Assembly (NCBI GenBank): GCA_902628085.1
Contig: CACOLO010000005.1
Span: forward strand, 35,368-99,367
Length of the DNA: 64,000 nt
Source of the DNA: an uncultured SAR86 cluster bacterium
GTDB lineage: Bacteria; Pseudomonadota; Gammaproteobacteria; Magnimaribacterales; D2472
Reading direction: 5' to 3'
The stretch's first letter is position 1, and every line of letters starts with the position of its first letter. Shown here one piece after another: positions 48,117 through 58,327 of this stretch. The position numbers and the translations under genes were made by a program. The notes under the pieces were generated by a model that searched no databases, was not told where the DNA came from, and saw only the letters and a list, made by a program, of their open reading frames with translations.

Positions 48117-49373
48117 ATGAAGTTTATTGGTTGGAGAATGGTATTTACTGGTCTGACCCTTGAATTTACTGTAGTTGGTTTTCTTTTTTATAGCTTTCCT
48201 GTTATCTGGCCTTACCTAATATCAGAATTAGGCATGACCGAAAGTCAACTTGGAATGGTTTCTGCATTTTATTTTATTCCTGTGGCTGTTTTGGCAATTA
48301 TTGTAGGCCGTGCTCTTGATAAGTATTCTGTTAAAAACTTTATGATGATTGGAGCCGTAATTTATGCTGTTGGACTTTTCTCTCTAAGTTTCATAAATTC
48401 TTATTGGTCGCTCCTCACGATTTATCTTACTATTCTTGCCTTGGGATCAATTATGATGGGAAATTTAGCTGTATCTAAATTAATCGCAAATTGGTTTGAT
48501 AAAAATGCCGGCAAAGCACTTGGCATTGCTGCAATTGGTATTTCCTTTTCGGGAGTTATTCTTCCTTTAATTGTTGATCCTCTTCTTGAATTAGTTGGTT
48601 GGAGAAATGTTTATGTAATCTTTGCAAGTATAGTATTTTTCATTATTTTGCCTCTTGTTTTTTTTACTGTTATTGATGATCCAAAAACTATTAATCAAGT
48701 CAAAGATGGAGAAGAAAAAGATGATAAAGAAGAATCTGTACCTGAGGAAATGACTGCGAAGGATCTTTTATCTAAAAAAGTTTTTTGGATAATATCTTTA
48801 GCATTTGCCTTTCAATTTCTTTCCATGATGGGTGTACTCGCATTCTTACCAATTCATGCAAGCAAAATGGGATTAGATGAAACTTGGGATTTCTTGAGTT
48901 TACCTATCAAACAATACGTTTTTGCATATTCTTTAGCTGCATTTGGCGGGGTCCTAGGAAAAATAATATTTGGATATTTAATGGACATGATGAAAGTTGC
49001 ACATCCCCCAATGATTGCAATGTTGTTTCAAGCAATCGGAATTTTTGGAATTACATATTTCTATGAACCAAGTATATTTCTTTTAAGTACATTCATATTT
49101 GGTTTGGGTTTTGGTGCTGCAACGCCTCTTATGACTGCATGTTACTTAAGAATTTTTGGAGCACATAATCTTGGAAAAGCCAGAGGTATGTCATCTCCCA
49201 TCATTTCACCGCTTCAACCAATTGGCATTCTTATAACAAGCATCCTAATAGGTTTTCAAGATACCTACTTCGCAGCTTTTAATATTATGGGATGCTTTGC
49301 TTTACTTGCAGTAATTGTGGCAAGCCAAATTCAAGAACCTGAAAAATTTGATCTATCTACCTTGAAGCTATGA
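48117..49373 (+). CDS. MFS transporter
   Basis: About 418 aa with 12 predicted TM segments and a central charged loop (KDGEEKDDKEE). I prefer the ATG at 48117 to the track GTG at 48099, which lies inside the guaA remnant. Confidence 0.8.
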   Translation: MKFIGWRMVFTGLTLEFTVVGFLFYSFPVIWPYLISELGMTESQLGMVSAFYFIPVAVLAIIVGRALDKYSVKNFMMIGAVIYAVGLFSLSFINSYWSLLTIYLTILALGSIMMGNLAVSKLIANWFDKNAGKALGIAAIGISFSGVILPLIVDPLLELVGWRNVYVIFASIVFFIILPLVFFTVIDDPKTINQVKDGEEKDDKEESVPEEMTAKDLLSKKVFWIISLAFAFQFLSMMGVLAFLPIHASKMGLDETWDFLSLPIKQYVFAYSLAAFGGVLGKIIFGYLMDMMKVAHPPMIAMLFQAIGIFGITYFYEPSIFLLSTFIFGLGFGAATPLMTACYLRIFGAHNLGKARGMSSPIISPLQPIGILITSILIGFQDTYFAAFNIMGCFALLAVIVASQIQEPEKFDLSTLKL

Positions 49374-49567
49374 CATCCTATTAAGGTTAGTTTAAAAAAG
49401 AAACCAATTTTATATGTTTAAATGATATATTGAGAAAAATAAAATTTAATTGTTTTGATATATAAATTATATCTTGTGACATAAATTTGTCGCATCATTT
49501 TGAGAAGATCGTATCAAACGAATCTCAAAAATGTTCTATTATTGAATGGGAACAGTTTTAAAAAATC

Positions 49568-50428
49568 ATGAATAAAAAAATATTGATTACAGGAGCAAGT
49601 GGCTTAATTGGAAAAAAAATCTTTCTAAACCTAATAGCTCAAGGACATGAAGTTACCGCACTGTCAAAAAATATTTATAAAGAAGATAATTTTGTAAGTA
49701 TTGACTTATTGAATCTTAACAATTTAAAAAAATACTTTAATGGAAAAGAATATGATATTTTAATTCATTGTGCAGCTGTGATTGAGCCTAGTAAGTTAAT
49801 AGGTGAATCTATTGTTTCAGCCCAAAACTCTTTAATTACAAAGAATTTATTTCAAGCATCACTTTCCTTAAAAAAATCACCATCTTGGATATTTTTAAGT
49901 TCAGTTTCAGTTTACGGTAACATCGATCATGAAGAATGTATCGAAATTAATGATACACCAACACCGATCAGTGATTACGGTAAAGGAAAGTTACATGACG
50001 AAAAGTATCTCATTAAAAATTGTAATGAACTTCATATTTTAAGATTAGCTCCAGTATTTGATGATGAACATCTTTCTAATATAAAAAAAAGAGTTTACTT
50101 ACCAGGAACAAATTTTAAGTTAAAAATCTCACCATCTCCAAGATACACTTTATGCAGTATTAAAACTATAATCTCAAAAATTACAAATATCATTGATTGT
50201 TCAGAGGGAAAGTATCTTTATCATGTTGGAGATCAATCACCATATAAAAAAAATGAAATCGCTAAAAATTTTCCTGGTATCAATTTAAATATTAAGAGAG
50301 AATTTTTTGAGTACTTTATCAATATGATTCCAATTAAATATAAAATATTTAAAAATCTTAAGTGGCTAATTCAAAAATTAGCATTTTCAAATGTGTACAT
50401 TATTGGAAGAAAAAAAATTGAAAGCTAG
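49568..50428 (+). CDS. NAD-dependent epimerase/dehydratase (extended SDR) family protein
   Basis: 286 aa with ILITGASGLIGKKI and a YGKGK catalytic Y-x3-K. Confidence 0.7.
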   Translation: MNKKILITGASGLIGKKIFLNLIAQGHEVTALSKNIYKEDNFVSIDLLNLNNLKKYFNGKEYDILIHCAAVIEPSKLIGESIVSAQNSLITKNLFQASLSLKKSPSWIFLSSVSVYGNIDHEECIEINDTPTPISDYGKGKLHDEKYLIKNCNELHILRLAPVFDDEHLSNIKKRVYLPGTNFKLKISPSPRYTLCSIKTIISKITNIIDCSEGKYLYHVGDQSPYKKNEIAKNFPGINLNIKREFFEYFINMIPIKYKIFKNLKWLIQKLAFSNVYIIGRKKIES

Positions 50429-51719
50429 CAAAAACTACCGCAATTTTGTCTTGGTATTATTAACCGTTGTTTATGGATTTAACTTTATAGATAGACAAAT
50501 AATGGGCATTCTTGCTCCATTTATTCAAAAAGATTTAGGACTGACAAATACTGAACTTGGCCTTTTAATTGGATTAGCTTTTGCTGTTTTTTATACTTTT
50601 GTTGCTATTCCGATTGCTTGGTTAGCTGATAGGTATAACAGAGTAAATATATTGTCAATCGCATTGGCAACTTGGAGTGGTTTCACAGCTCTTACAGGCC
50701 TGGCAAATAATTTTATTCAAATTGGTCTTGCTAGAATGGGTGTAGGTATAGGAGAAGCTGGTGGAAGTCCGCCCTCTCACTCAATAATCTCAGATTTATT
50801 TCCCAAAGAGGAAAGGGCAAGCGCTCTAGGTGTTTATTCAATGGGTATTCCAATTGGGATTATGGCTGCATATTTTGTTACAGCATCTTTAATGGGTTCT
50901 GGAGATGATGTTGATTGGAGAAGAATTTTCATTGTTTTAGGTCTTACAGGTATAGGATTAGCAGTCATAGTAAAACTTGTCTTGAAAGAGCCTGTTCGAG
51001 GAGCCATGGAACTTAATCAGGGCACAGAAATTAAAAAACCACCTTTTAAAGAATCTCTAAAGGAGCTAATAAAAATTCCAGCTTGGTGGGCCATGTGTTT
51101 TGGTATTGCGTTTGGTTCCTTTGTATCATATGCAAAGTCAGCATTTCAAACTAAATATCTTGTTACTTTAGATCCAAGTTTTGACTTTCAAACTTTAGTA
51201 ATCATATTAGGCATTATGAACGGAACTACTTATGCAGCTGGAGCTTTTTTTGGTGCGCGTTTAGCAGACAAATGGGGAAAAAGAGATGTTAGAGCTTATG
51301 GATGGCTTCCTGCAATTTCAATTGGATTAGCTCTACCTGTAGCATTAATTACGTGGTGGGTCCCATCAATAGAAGTACATTTAGTTTTTGCAACTTTATT
51401 TCTGTTGTTGATTGGTATTTATCTTGGGCCAAGTTTTGCTATTGCTCAAACCTTGGCACCAATTCACATGAGAGCTATGTCAACAGCATTATTTTTCTTT
51501 ATATTGAATATGATAGCTCTAGGTGGAGGTCCAACATTTGCAGGTTGGATCATGGATCTATTTAAAGAGAGTTATAATGAACTTGAATCGGTAAGATATG
51601 CGATGACAGTTACCTCAATATTTTTTATTCCATCTGTTATAAGTTTTTTACTTGTAGCAAAAGTTCTTCCAAGAGACTGGAAAGCTGCTGAAGAAAGAAA
51701 CCTTAAATTGGCAAATTAA
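50391..51719 (+). CDS. MFS transporter (Spinster-like subgroup)
   Basis: 442 aa with FIDRQIMGILAPFIQKDLGLTNTELGLL and WLADRYNR (MFS motif A region). Confidence 0.8.
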   Translation: MCTLLEEKKLKASKNYRNFVLVLLTVVYGFNFIDRQIMGILAPFIQKDLGLTNTELGLLIGLAFAVFYTFVAIPIAWLADRYNRVNILSIALATWSGFTALTGLANNFIQIGLARMGVGIGEAGGSPPSHSIISDLFPKEERASALGVYSMGIPIGIMAAYFVTASLMGSGDDVDWRRIFIVLGLTGIGLAVIVKLVLKEPVRGAMELNQGTEIKKPPFKESLKELIKIPAWWAMCFGIAFGSFVSYAKSAFQTKYLVTLDPSFDFQTLVIILGIMNGTTYAAGAFFGARLADKWGKRDVRAYGWLPAISIGLALPVALITWWVPSIEVHLVFATLFLLLIGIYLGPSFAIAQTLAPIHMRAMSTALFFFILNMIALGGGPTFAGWIMDLFKESYNELESVRYAMTVTSIFFIPSVISFLLVAKVLPRDWKAAEERNLKLAN

Positions 51720-51724
51720 TTGTT

Positions 51725-52333
51725 ATGAAGAAGATTTGCCTAATTTTTGGTCACCACAACACGAAAAATTCCTTTAATGCTGCTATTAGAGATACATTCA
51801 TAGATGAGGCAACAAAACTAGGCCATAAAATTGATTTAATTAATCTTTTTGATGAAGTTGAACAACTACCTTTTTATAGAAGTGATATTAATCCTCCACC
51901 TGATTTAGTTTTAAGGTATAGAAAAAGACTTGAAGATGCAGATGTGATGTTTCTCATGAGCGCTTGTCATAACTTAAGAATGAATGGAATTTTAGAAAAC
52001 TGGATAGATTGGGTACTTCATCCAACTTGGTTTTTTTCATATAGATCAATCTTACCCGATAGCAAATTTTTAGGTAATTATGGTTATCCAGTTGCTGGAG
52101 CAATGAAAAATAAAATTGGAATTGTTTCAATGACTTACGGTGGGCCAATGGTAAGTTATTTTAATTTCTCATTGTTTGATAATATCCCATTCAGAAGACT
52201 AAAAAAGTCTGTTTTTCAGTTAGGAGGATTAAAAACTAAATATTTAAGATTTTATTCCGTTTTACCAAATATGGATAAGAAAACATTTGATAAAAATATG
52301 AATAAGGTCAGAGTTTTTGCAAGAAAACTTTAA
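51725..52333 (+). CDS. Flavodoxin-like fold NAD(P)H dehydrogenase (quinone) family protein
   Basis: 202 aa. The N-terminus MKKICLIFGHHNTKNSFN is typical of the Flavodoxin_2 family. Confidence 0.6.
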   Translation: MKKICLIFGHHNTKNSFNAAIRDTFIDEATKLGHKIDLINLFDEVEQLPFYRSDINPPPDLVLRYRKRLEDADVMFLMSACHNLRMNGILENWIDWVLHPTWFFSYRSILPDSKFLGNYGYPVAGAMKNKIGIVSMTYGGPMVSYFNFSLFDNIPFRRLKKSVFQLGGLKTKYLRFYSVLPNMDKKTFDKNMNKVRVFARKL

Positions 52334-52339
52334 TTTTAA

Positions 52340-52741
52340 ATGACACAAAAACCAATTGATATTTTAAAAAAGGTAAGATCAATTGCTATAGTTGGTATAA
52401 GTAAAAATGCAGAAAAAGATAGCTATGTAGTGATGCAGTTTTTGCTAGAGAATGGTTACGATGTCTTTCCGGTAAATCCAAATTATAAAAACGAATTAAT
52501 TCTTGGAAGAAAGTGCTCTGCATATCTAAAAGATATCGATGAAAATATTGATATGGTGGATATCTTTCGCAAAAAAGAGCTTGTATACAACATAACAAAA
52601 GAGGCGATTGATATAAACGCTAAAGTTTTATGGACTCAATTGGATATTATTTGCATTGATTCTATGAATTTAGCAACTAATGCAGGATTAGATGTAGTAA
52701 TGAATAAATGCCCTAAAATAGAATTAATAAATAATTCATAG
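52340..52741 (+). CDS. CoA-binding domain protein (YccU-like)
   Basis: 133 aa with SIAIVGISKN..KDSY.V...L...GYDVFPVNP. Confidence 0.75.
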   Translation: MTQKPIDILKKVRSIAIVGISKNAEKDSYVVMQFLLENGYDVFPVNPNYKNELILGRKCSAYLKDIDENIDMVDIFRKKELVYNITKEAIDINAKVLWTQLDIICIDSMNLATNAGLDVVMNKCPKIELINNS

Positions 52742-52772
52742 ACTTATCTAGAGATTTGGATTTAAATAAATT

Positions 52773-53561
52773 ATGCAAGATATTTTAAAAGTTGAAAAAA
52801 ATACTGATTCAATAGTTAGTTTAATTTTGAATGATGAAAAATCTGGTAACTCTTTGTCAGATGAGATGATTTCATTAATGTCCTCAAGATTAGAGGAAAT
52901 ATCAAACAATGAGGATATAAAAGTAGTTATCATTGCTTCTACAGGAAAAATATTCTGTGCTGGTCATAATTTAAAGGAGATGACTGAGGCTAGACAAAAT
53001 AATGATGAAGGCAAGAGCTACTTTACTAATTTATTTCAATCTTGTTCAGATATGATGCAATCTATAGTTAATTGTCCAAAACCAGTAATTGCAGAAATAG
53101 ATGGTATTGCAACTGCTGCAGGTTGTCAGCTTGTTGCAAGTTGTGACTTAGCAATTGCTTCTGATACTTCATCTTTCGCTACTCCAGGAGTTAATTTAGG
53201 TTTGTTTTGCTCCACACCAATGGTTGCGCTATCAAGAAATGTTAAAAAGAAAGATGCGATGAAGATGTTATTAACCGGTGAAATGATTGATGCAGAAGAA
53301 GCAAAAAGAATTTCATTGATTAATGATTATGTCGTAAGTGAAAAACTTTCAGTTGAAGTTATGAATTTAGCAAAGAAAATTGCAAGTAAATCTATGAGAA
53401 CTGTAAATATAGGAAAATCAGCTTTTTATAAGCAAGCAGAGTTAAGTTTATCTGATGCATATAGATATACTTCAGAAGTTATGGCGAAAAATATCATGAA
53501 TGATGACGCTAAAGAAGGGATCGCTTCGTTCATTGAAAAGCGAGATCCTAATTGGGATTAA
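52773..53561 (+). CDS. Enoyl-CoA hydratase/isomerase (crotonase) family protein
   Basis: 262 aa with FCAGHNLKEM and AEIDGIATAAGCQLVASCDLAIAS. Confidence 0.85.
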   Translation: MQDILKVEKNTDSIVSLILNDEKSGNSLSDEMISLMSSRLEEISNNEDIKVVIIASTGKIFCAGHNLKEMTEARQNNDEGKSYFTNLFQSCSDMMQSIVNCPKPVIAEIDGIATAAGCQLVASCDLAIASDTSSFATPGVNLGLFCSTPMVALSRNVKKKDAMKMLLTGEMIDAEEAKRISLINDYVVSEKLSVEVMNLAKKIASKSMRTVNIGKSAFYKQAELSLSDAYRYTSEVMAKNIMNDDAKEGIASFIEKRDPNWD

Positions 53562-53567
53562 TTTCGA

Positions 53568-54110
53568 ATGTGCGACAGATTAGACTTAAAGAAATACATT
53601 AGAACCGTTAAAGATTTCCCAATTGATGGTATTGTTTTTAGAGACATTACAAGTTTAATTGAAACACCTGAAGCCTTCATAAAAACATGTGATGAACTAA
53701 CCAGAATAACGAAAGAATTTGAGGCAGACATAGTTGCAAGTATTGAAAGCAGAGGCTTTATTTTCGCAGGTACAATTGCTAGAGATCTTGAGTTACCTTT
53801 TGTTCTTGCGAGAAAACCTGGAAAACTTCCAAATCAAACTTATAAAAAAAGCTTTGATCTTGAATACGGTAGCACCTCTATAGAGATACAACAAAATACT
53901 AATGTAAATAAAGATCAAAAAATCGTAATAGTAGATGATTTGGTTGCAACCGGAGGAACTGCCATTGCTTGTGCTGAATTATTTACTGAAAACTTTAATA
54001 TCAATGCCTCAGATATTCTTATTTTAACTGTTATAGATCTACCAGATTTGGGAGGTAGTGATTTAATAAAAAATCAAGGGTATCACATTGAAACAATAGT
54101 TGATTATTAA
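53568..54110 (+). CDS. apt: Adenine phosphoribosyltransferase
   Basis: 180 aa with FRDITSL, ESRGFIF and VIVDDLVATGGTA. Confidence 0.9.
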   Translation: MCDRLDLKKYIRTVKDFPIDGIVFRDITSLIETPEAFIKTCDELTRITKEFEADIVASIESRGFIFAGTIARDLELPFVLARKPGKLPNQTYKKSFDLEYGSTSIEIQQNTNVNKDQKIVIVDDLVATGGTAIACAELFTENFNINASDILILTVIDLPDLGGSDLIKNQGYHIETIVDY

Positions 54111-54859
54111 CTTTTTTTAGTTAGGTTTCGCCAGGCTCTCATTGCTGGCTTAAAGTTAAGAAATGGCTTTACAAGCTTATAGACAGAACCTGGTATTATT
54201 TCAGACTTACCTCTAAGCGAGGCTTTTTCGGTTTCTTTTACAACTTGTTCTGGATTAACCCACATCCAATTAGGAACTTTTTTTTCAAGATGATTCAATC
54301 CCGCTCTTTTGTGTGCATTTGTTCTTACATATCCAGGTAAACTTACTGTTACAGAGATTTTTTTATTTTTTAGTTCAGATGATATAGACCTGCCATATGC
54401 ATGAATACCTGCTTTAATCGAAGAATAAAGGGAAGACTTAGGCATTGCTGTGGTTGCTCCAATACTTGAGATAATAACTATTCTTCCTGATTCTTTTTTA
54501 ATCATTTCAGGAACATAGCCCTCAATTAAATCTATAACTCCTCCACACATTAAGTAGTAATAATATTCTTTTTCATCTGGATTGAGTTCACCAATGACAC
54601 CATTAATCGCTATACCTGCATTAGCCACTATAAGATCTGGAGCATCTATAGTATTGATTATTGAATTAATAGACTCTTTAAGGCCTAAGTCATAAACATG
54701 AAAATTTGCTTTTTCATATGATAAATTTTCTTCAGAATTTTTAGATCTTTTTTGATCTTGAGAAATCAAATCTAAATACCAACCTTGTTTAGACAAATAT
54801 TTTGCATATTGATATCCGATACCACTTGAAGATCCAGTAATTATTGCTTTCTTACACAT
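54107..54859 (-). CDS. Short-chain dehydrogenase/reductase (SDR)
   Basis: It has ITGSSSGIGY and a YSSIKAG (YxxxK) motif. The ATG at 54859 gives the normal distance to the Rossmann motif. Confidence 0.8.
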   Translation of the reverse strand: MCKKAIITGSSSGIGYQYAKYLSKQGWYLDLISQDQKRSKNSEENLSYEKANFHVYDLGLKESINSIINTIDAPDLIVANAGIAINGVIGELNPDEKEYYYYLMCGGVIDLIEGYVPEMIKKESGRIVIISSIGATTAMPKSSLYSSIKAGIHAYGRSISSELKNKKISVTVSLPGYVRTNAHKRAGLNHLEKKVPNWMWVNPEQVVKETEKASLRGKSEIIPGSVYKLVKPFLNFKPAMRAWRNLTKKS

Positions 54860-54909
54860 AGCTTTACCTAATAATAACCTCAATCATTTTTCTTTGATAT
54901 GATTTAATT

Positions 54910-55920
54910 ATGAAAGATATGTATGGTCGAATAATGATTGATGTTGAGGGGACTTCTCTGTCTCAACAGGATAGAGAATTAATTTCAAATGGAAATGTAG
55001 GTGGAATTATTTTATTTTCTAAAAACTTTAATTCATTTGAGCAAATATCTGACCTAGTAAATGAAATCCATGCAATAAAAGAAAACATTTTACTTGCTGT
55101 CGATCAAGAGGGTGGAAGAGTACAGAGGTTTTCTAAAGATTTCACACAACTTCCTTCTTTGCAAGATTTAGCTAAATATTCAGAGATTAATAATGATCCA
55201 GATATATGCAAAGAAGTTGCATGGTTAACTTCTTCAGAACTTATCGCTGCTGGAATTGATTTAAATTTTGCACCTGTTCTAGATATAGATGAAAGTGATT
55301 CAGCAATTATTGGTGACAGATCGTTTTCTTCAAAAACTGACAAAGTAATTAAGTATGCTGAAAAATATATTGAGGGAATGCATGAGGCGGGTATGCAGGC
55401 AACTGCAAAACACTTTCCTGGACACGGGGGTGTATCAGAAGATAGTCATGTTATTTTGCCTGAAGATAAAAGATCATTAGAGCTCTTGATGAGATCTGAT
55501 ATTCAACCCTATATTAAATTAAATAAAAAAATCGATGCGATAATGTGTGCTCACATTTTATATTCATTAATTGATGACAAAATACCAAGCTACTCAAAAT
55601 TTTGGATTAGAGACATTATTCGAAAAGAATTAAATTTTGAAGGTGTAATTTTCAGTGATGATCTATCAATGGCGGGTGCTGGAGAAGAGTCTTGTAGAGT
55701 GAAAGCCGCTAAATCAATTGAGGCTGGTTGCGATATGGTTTTAATTTGCAATAACAGAAAGGATGCTATCTCAACAATTAATTATTTTGATGAATTGGGA
55801 ATTAAGCCAAGTAAAAAGATATCAAATTTGAAGAAAACTACCAATATAGATTGGGATGAATTAACCAATTTTGAAAGAACCGTTAATATTAAACACACAT
55901 TAAAAAATATGAGGAGCTAA
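54910..55920 (+). CDS. nagZ: Beta-N-acetylhexosaminidase (peptidoglycan recycling)
   Basis: 336 aa with IMIDVEGTSL, VDQEGGRVQRF and KHFPGHGGV..DSH. Confidence 0.85.
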   Translation: MKDMYGRIMIDVEGTSLSQQDRELISNGNVGGIILFSKNFNSFEQISDLVNEIHAIKENILLAVDQEGGRVQRFSKDFTQLPSLQDLAKYSEINNDPDICKEVAWLTSSELIAAGIDLNFAPVLDIDESDSAIIGDRSFSSKTDKVIKYAEKYIEGMHEAGMQATAKHFPGHGGVSEDSHVILPEDKRSLELLMRSDIQPYIKLNKKIDAIMCAHILYSLIDDKIPSYSKFWIRDIIRKELNFEGVIFSDDLSMAGAGEESCRVKAAKSIEAGCDMVLICNNRKDAISTINYFDELGIKPSKKISNLKKTTNIDWDELTNFERTVNIKHTLKNMRS

Positions 55921-55921
55921 G

Positions 55922-56443
55922 ATGAGAAGGATTGTTACCGGGCATAATGAAGAAGGAAAATCAGTTATTACAATTGATGGACCACCTGCAAGATCAATTG
56001 GAGAGGACGTTGGAGGCTTGTTTGAATTATGGAATACAGACGGTCAGGATATTATATCGTCAGATGTTATAGATCGTGCTGATGAAGAAATTATTCTTTC
56101 GCCTCCTAAAGGAGGCACAAAATTTAGATATTTTCAGATAAATCCAATACCTGAGGGTATTCCTGAAAACGTAATGCAAGATATGGCAGCTGATGCTTTT
56201 GAAAAAATAGGTGCTGGTCACCATAGAATTGATACATCTAAACATCCTGCAATGCATAAGACTGAAACAATTGATTACATTATTTTATTGAAAGGGGATG
56301 TAACTCTTATCTTGGATGAAGAAGAAATAGACATGAAACCTTTTGATGTTGTTGTTCAAAGAGGCACTAATCATGCTTGGGTAAATAATGGTAAAGAACC
56401 TGCATTACTTATTGCAGTGTTAATAGATAGTAAAATTATTTAA
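55922..56443 (+). CDS. Cupin-domain protein
   Basis: 173 aa. The C-terminal HKTETIDYIILLKGDVTLILDE...VVVQRGTNHAW fits a cupin beta-barrel pattern. Confidence 0.5.
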   Translation: MRRIVTGHNEEGKSVITIDGPPARSIGEDVGGLFELWNTDGQDIISSDVIDRADEEIILSPPKGGTKFRYFQINPIPEGIPENVMQDMAADAFEKIGAGHHRIDTSKHPAMHKTETIDYIILLKGDVTLILDEEEIDMKPFDVVVQRGTNHAWVNNGKEPALLIAVLIDSKII

Positions 56444-56444
56444 T

Positions 56445-58253
56445 TTAAAAGCCTGCTGAGCCGCTCATGATAACTTCATAAAAGTTACTTTCCAGAGGAA
56501 CATAACTTTTTTCACCAGGCTTTTTAATGAATATCTGATCTTGACCTACTTTTTCTAGGTGAAATGCCTCTTCTCTAAGATCATTTTTCTTTAATTTAAA
56601 AGTTCCTGTAGTTTCAAGCTCTTCAATTATTCTTACAAACACAGGCTGAGCATAACTTGGAAGTTTCTCAGAAACAAAATCTGAGAATTCATTCCAATTA
56701 AATTCATCAATTGCACAATTGAATGCAACCATTCCAGCTCTACCCTCACTCTGAGGGACTTTTACACCAAAAACATTTGCCATATTTACTTGTTCAAATG
56801 TATTAAGTATCTCTGCAACTTCATTAGTTGAAACGTTTTCAGATTTCCATCTAAATGTATCTCCAACCCTATCAACAAATTGATAATGCTTTCTTCCAAG
56901 GGAGAAACCAACATCCATAGTTTTAATTAGATCTCCAGTATTAAACCACCTGTCACCTTCTTCAAAAACATTTGTAATGACTTTTTCTTCGCTAGCTTTT
57001 TTATCGGTGTAACCGTTATAAACTGCATTGGGACCAATCTTTACGAGAGCTAGTCCAGGCTGATGTTCTTGAACTTCGATATATTTGCCATTTTCATCTA
57101 CTTTTAATTTATCTTCGGCAACGTCATATTCAAGTAAAGCTAAATCAACATTTGTCATGCCTATTGTTTGATCTTTATTTAATAAATTCATAAACATTCC
57201 GTTACCTTCACTAGCTCCATAAATCTCGCAAATTCTCTCAACTTTAAATCTATTCCTGAAGCAGTCCCACAGATCAGGCCTTAGACCATTTCCAACCATT
57301 TTTGAAATAGGATTATTTTTCTCTTCTTCGCATTCTTTTTGAAAACTAAGATATCTGCAAAGCTCACCAACATAAACAAATGCAGTTGTATTAAATTTTT
57401 GTGCCTCTTTCCAAAACGCTGAAGCTGAAAATTTCCTTCTAATGAAAGTGGATGCTCCAACATGGATGCATGCACATAATCCAAGCATTAGACCAGTTGA
57501 ATGATAAAGAGGTAAACAATTGTATAAGCAGTCTTCATTGTTCATTCTATAACCTGCTTTGGTAATATTTGTTGAAGCAGCAACTATTTTTGTATTTGGA
57601 AACAAAGCAGCTTTAGGCACTCCAGTAGTTCCAGAGGTAAAGATATAAAAAGCTGTGTCCTTCGCTGTGACGTTTCCTAACTCTTTTGGAGTTTGTTTTT
57701 CTGATTCATCTAATAATGTATCAAGATCAGAAGCCCAGCTTGGGCATGAATAATTTTCTCCATCTTTAACCCAATATATATTTGATTTATCTGTTACATT
57801 TATTTCATTAAGCACTTCCTCAAGCGGAGCAGCTAATTCAGCACCAATAATACATTTTTTTGAATCTGAGGAGTTTATGCAATGAACGAGAGGAGCCCCA
57901 GTTAGACTTGTATTAATTAATACACCGATAGCACCAATTTTGTTCAATGCCAATATTGAAATAATATACTCAGGCCTATTCTCCATAAATAAAACCACTC
58001 TGTCGCTGTGAGTTACTCCATCTTTGATGAGTCTATTAGCTAAAATATTAGCAGCCTCATTGGTTTGTGAATATGTCAATATCTGATCTTCAAAATATAT
58101 AAAGTTTTGATTCCCATATTTATCGACACTATCTTGAAAAGTATGTGCTAAAGAAGCATTATCATCTGGATTAGGCCACTTATACTTTAGAAGTGGAATT
58201 ATGAAACGCAGCTCACTGATAACCCTGAAAAATTCTAAGATATTCTTAATCAT
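56445..58253 (-). CDS. Long-chain/very-long-chain acyl-CoA synthetase (FATP-like AMP-binding enzyme)
   Basis: 602 aa with the AMP-binding motif YIFTSGTTGVPKAA. WFNTGDL and FVDRVGDTFRWKSENVST are typical of the FATP subgroup. Confidence 0.8.
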   Translation of the reverse strand: MIKNILEFFRVISELRFIIPLLKYKWPNPDDNASLAHTFQDSVDKYGNQNFIYFEDQILTYSQTNEAANILANRLIKDGVTHSDRVVLFMENRPEYIISILALNKIGAIGVLINTSLTGAPLVHCINSSDSKKCIIGAELAAPLEEVLNEINVTDKSNIYWVKDGENYSCPSWASDLDTLLDESEKQTPKELGNVTAKDTAFYIFTSGTTGVPKAALFPNTKIVAASTNITKAGYRMNNEDCLYNCLPLYHSTGLMLGLCACIHVGASTFIRRKFSASAFWKEAQKFNTTAFVYVGELCRYLSFQKECEEEKNNPISKMVGNGLRPDLWDCFRNRFKVERICEIYGASEGNGMFMNLLNKDQTIGMTNVDLALLEYDVAEDKLKVDENGKYIEVQEHQPGLALVKIGPNAVYNGYTDKKASEEKVITNVFEEGDRWFNTGDLIKTMDVGFSLGRKHYQFVDRVGDTFRWKSENVSTNEVAEILNTFEQVNMANVFGVKVPQSEGRAGMVAFNCAIDEFNWNEFSDFVSEKLPSYAQPVFVRIIEELETTGTFKLKKNDLREEAFHLEKVGQDQIFIKKPGEKSYVPLESNFYEVIMSGSAGF

Positions 58254-58327
58254 CTATTAAATTAATGTATATAGTTTTTTTATATTATAATCCTCTCACA
58301 CTTTTAAATATATAGGGCTTAAATATT

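Noticed and set aside
49374-49567. An AT-rich 194-bp gap with short inverted repeats (gtgaca..tgtcgc, ttgaga..tctcaa), considered as a CRP-like site or small RNA
   Set aside because: The repeats are imperfect and short, and they match no known consensus convincingly. It is probably just a promoter region.
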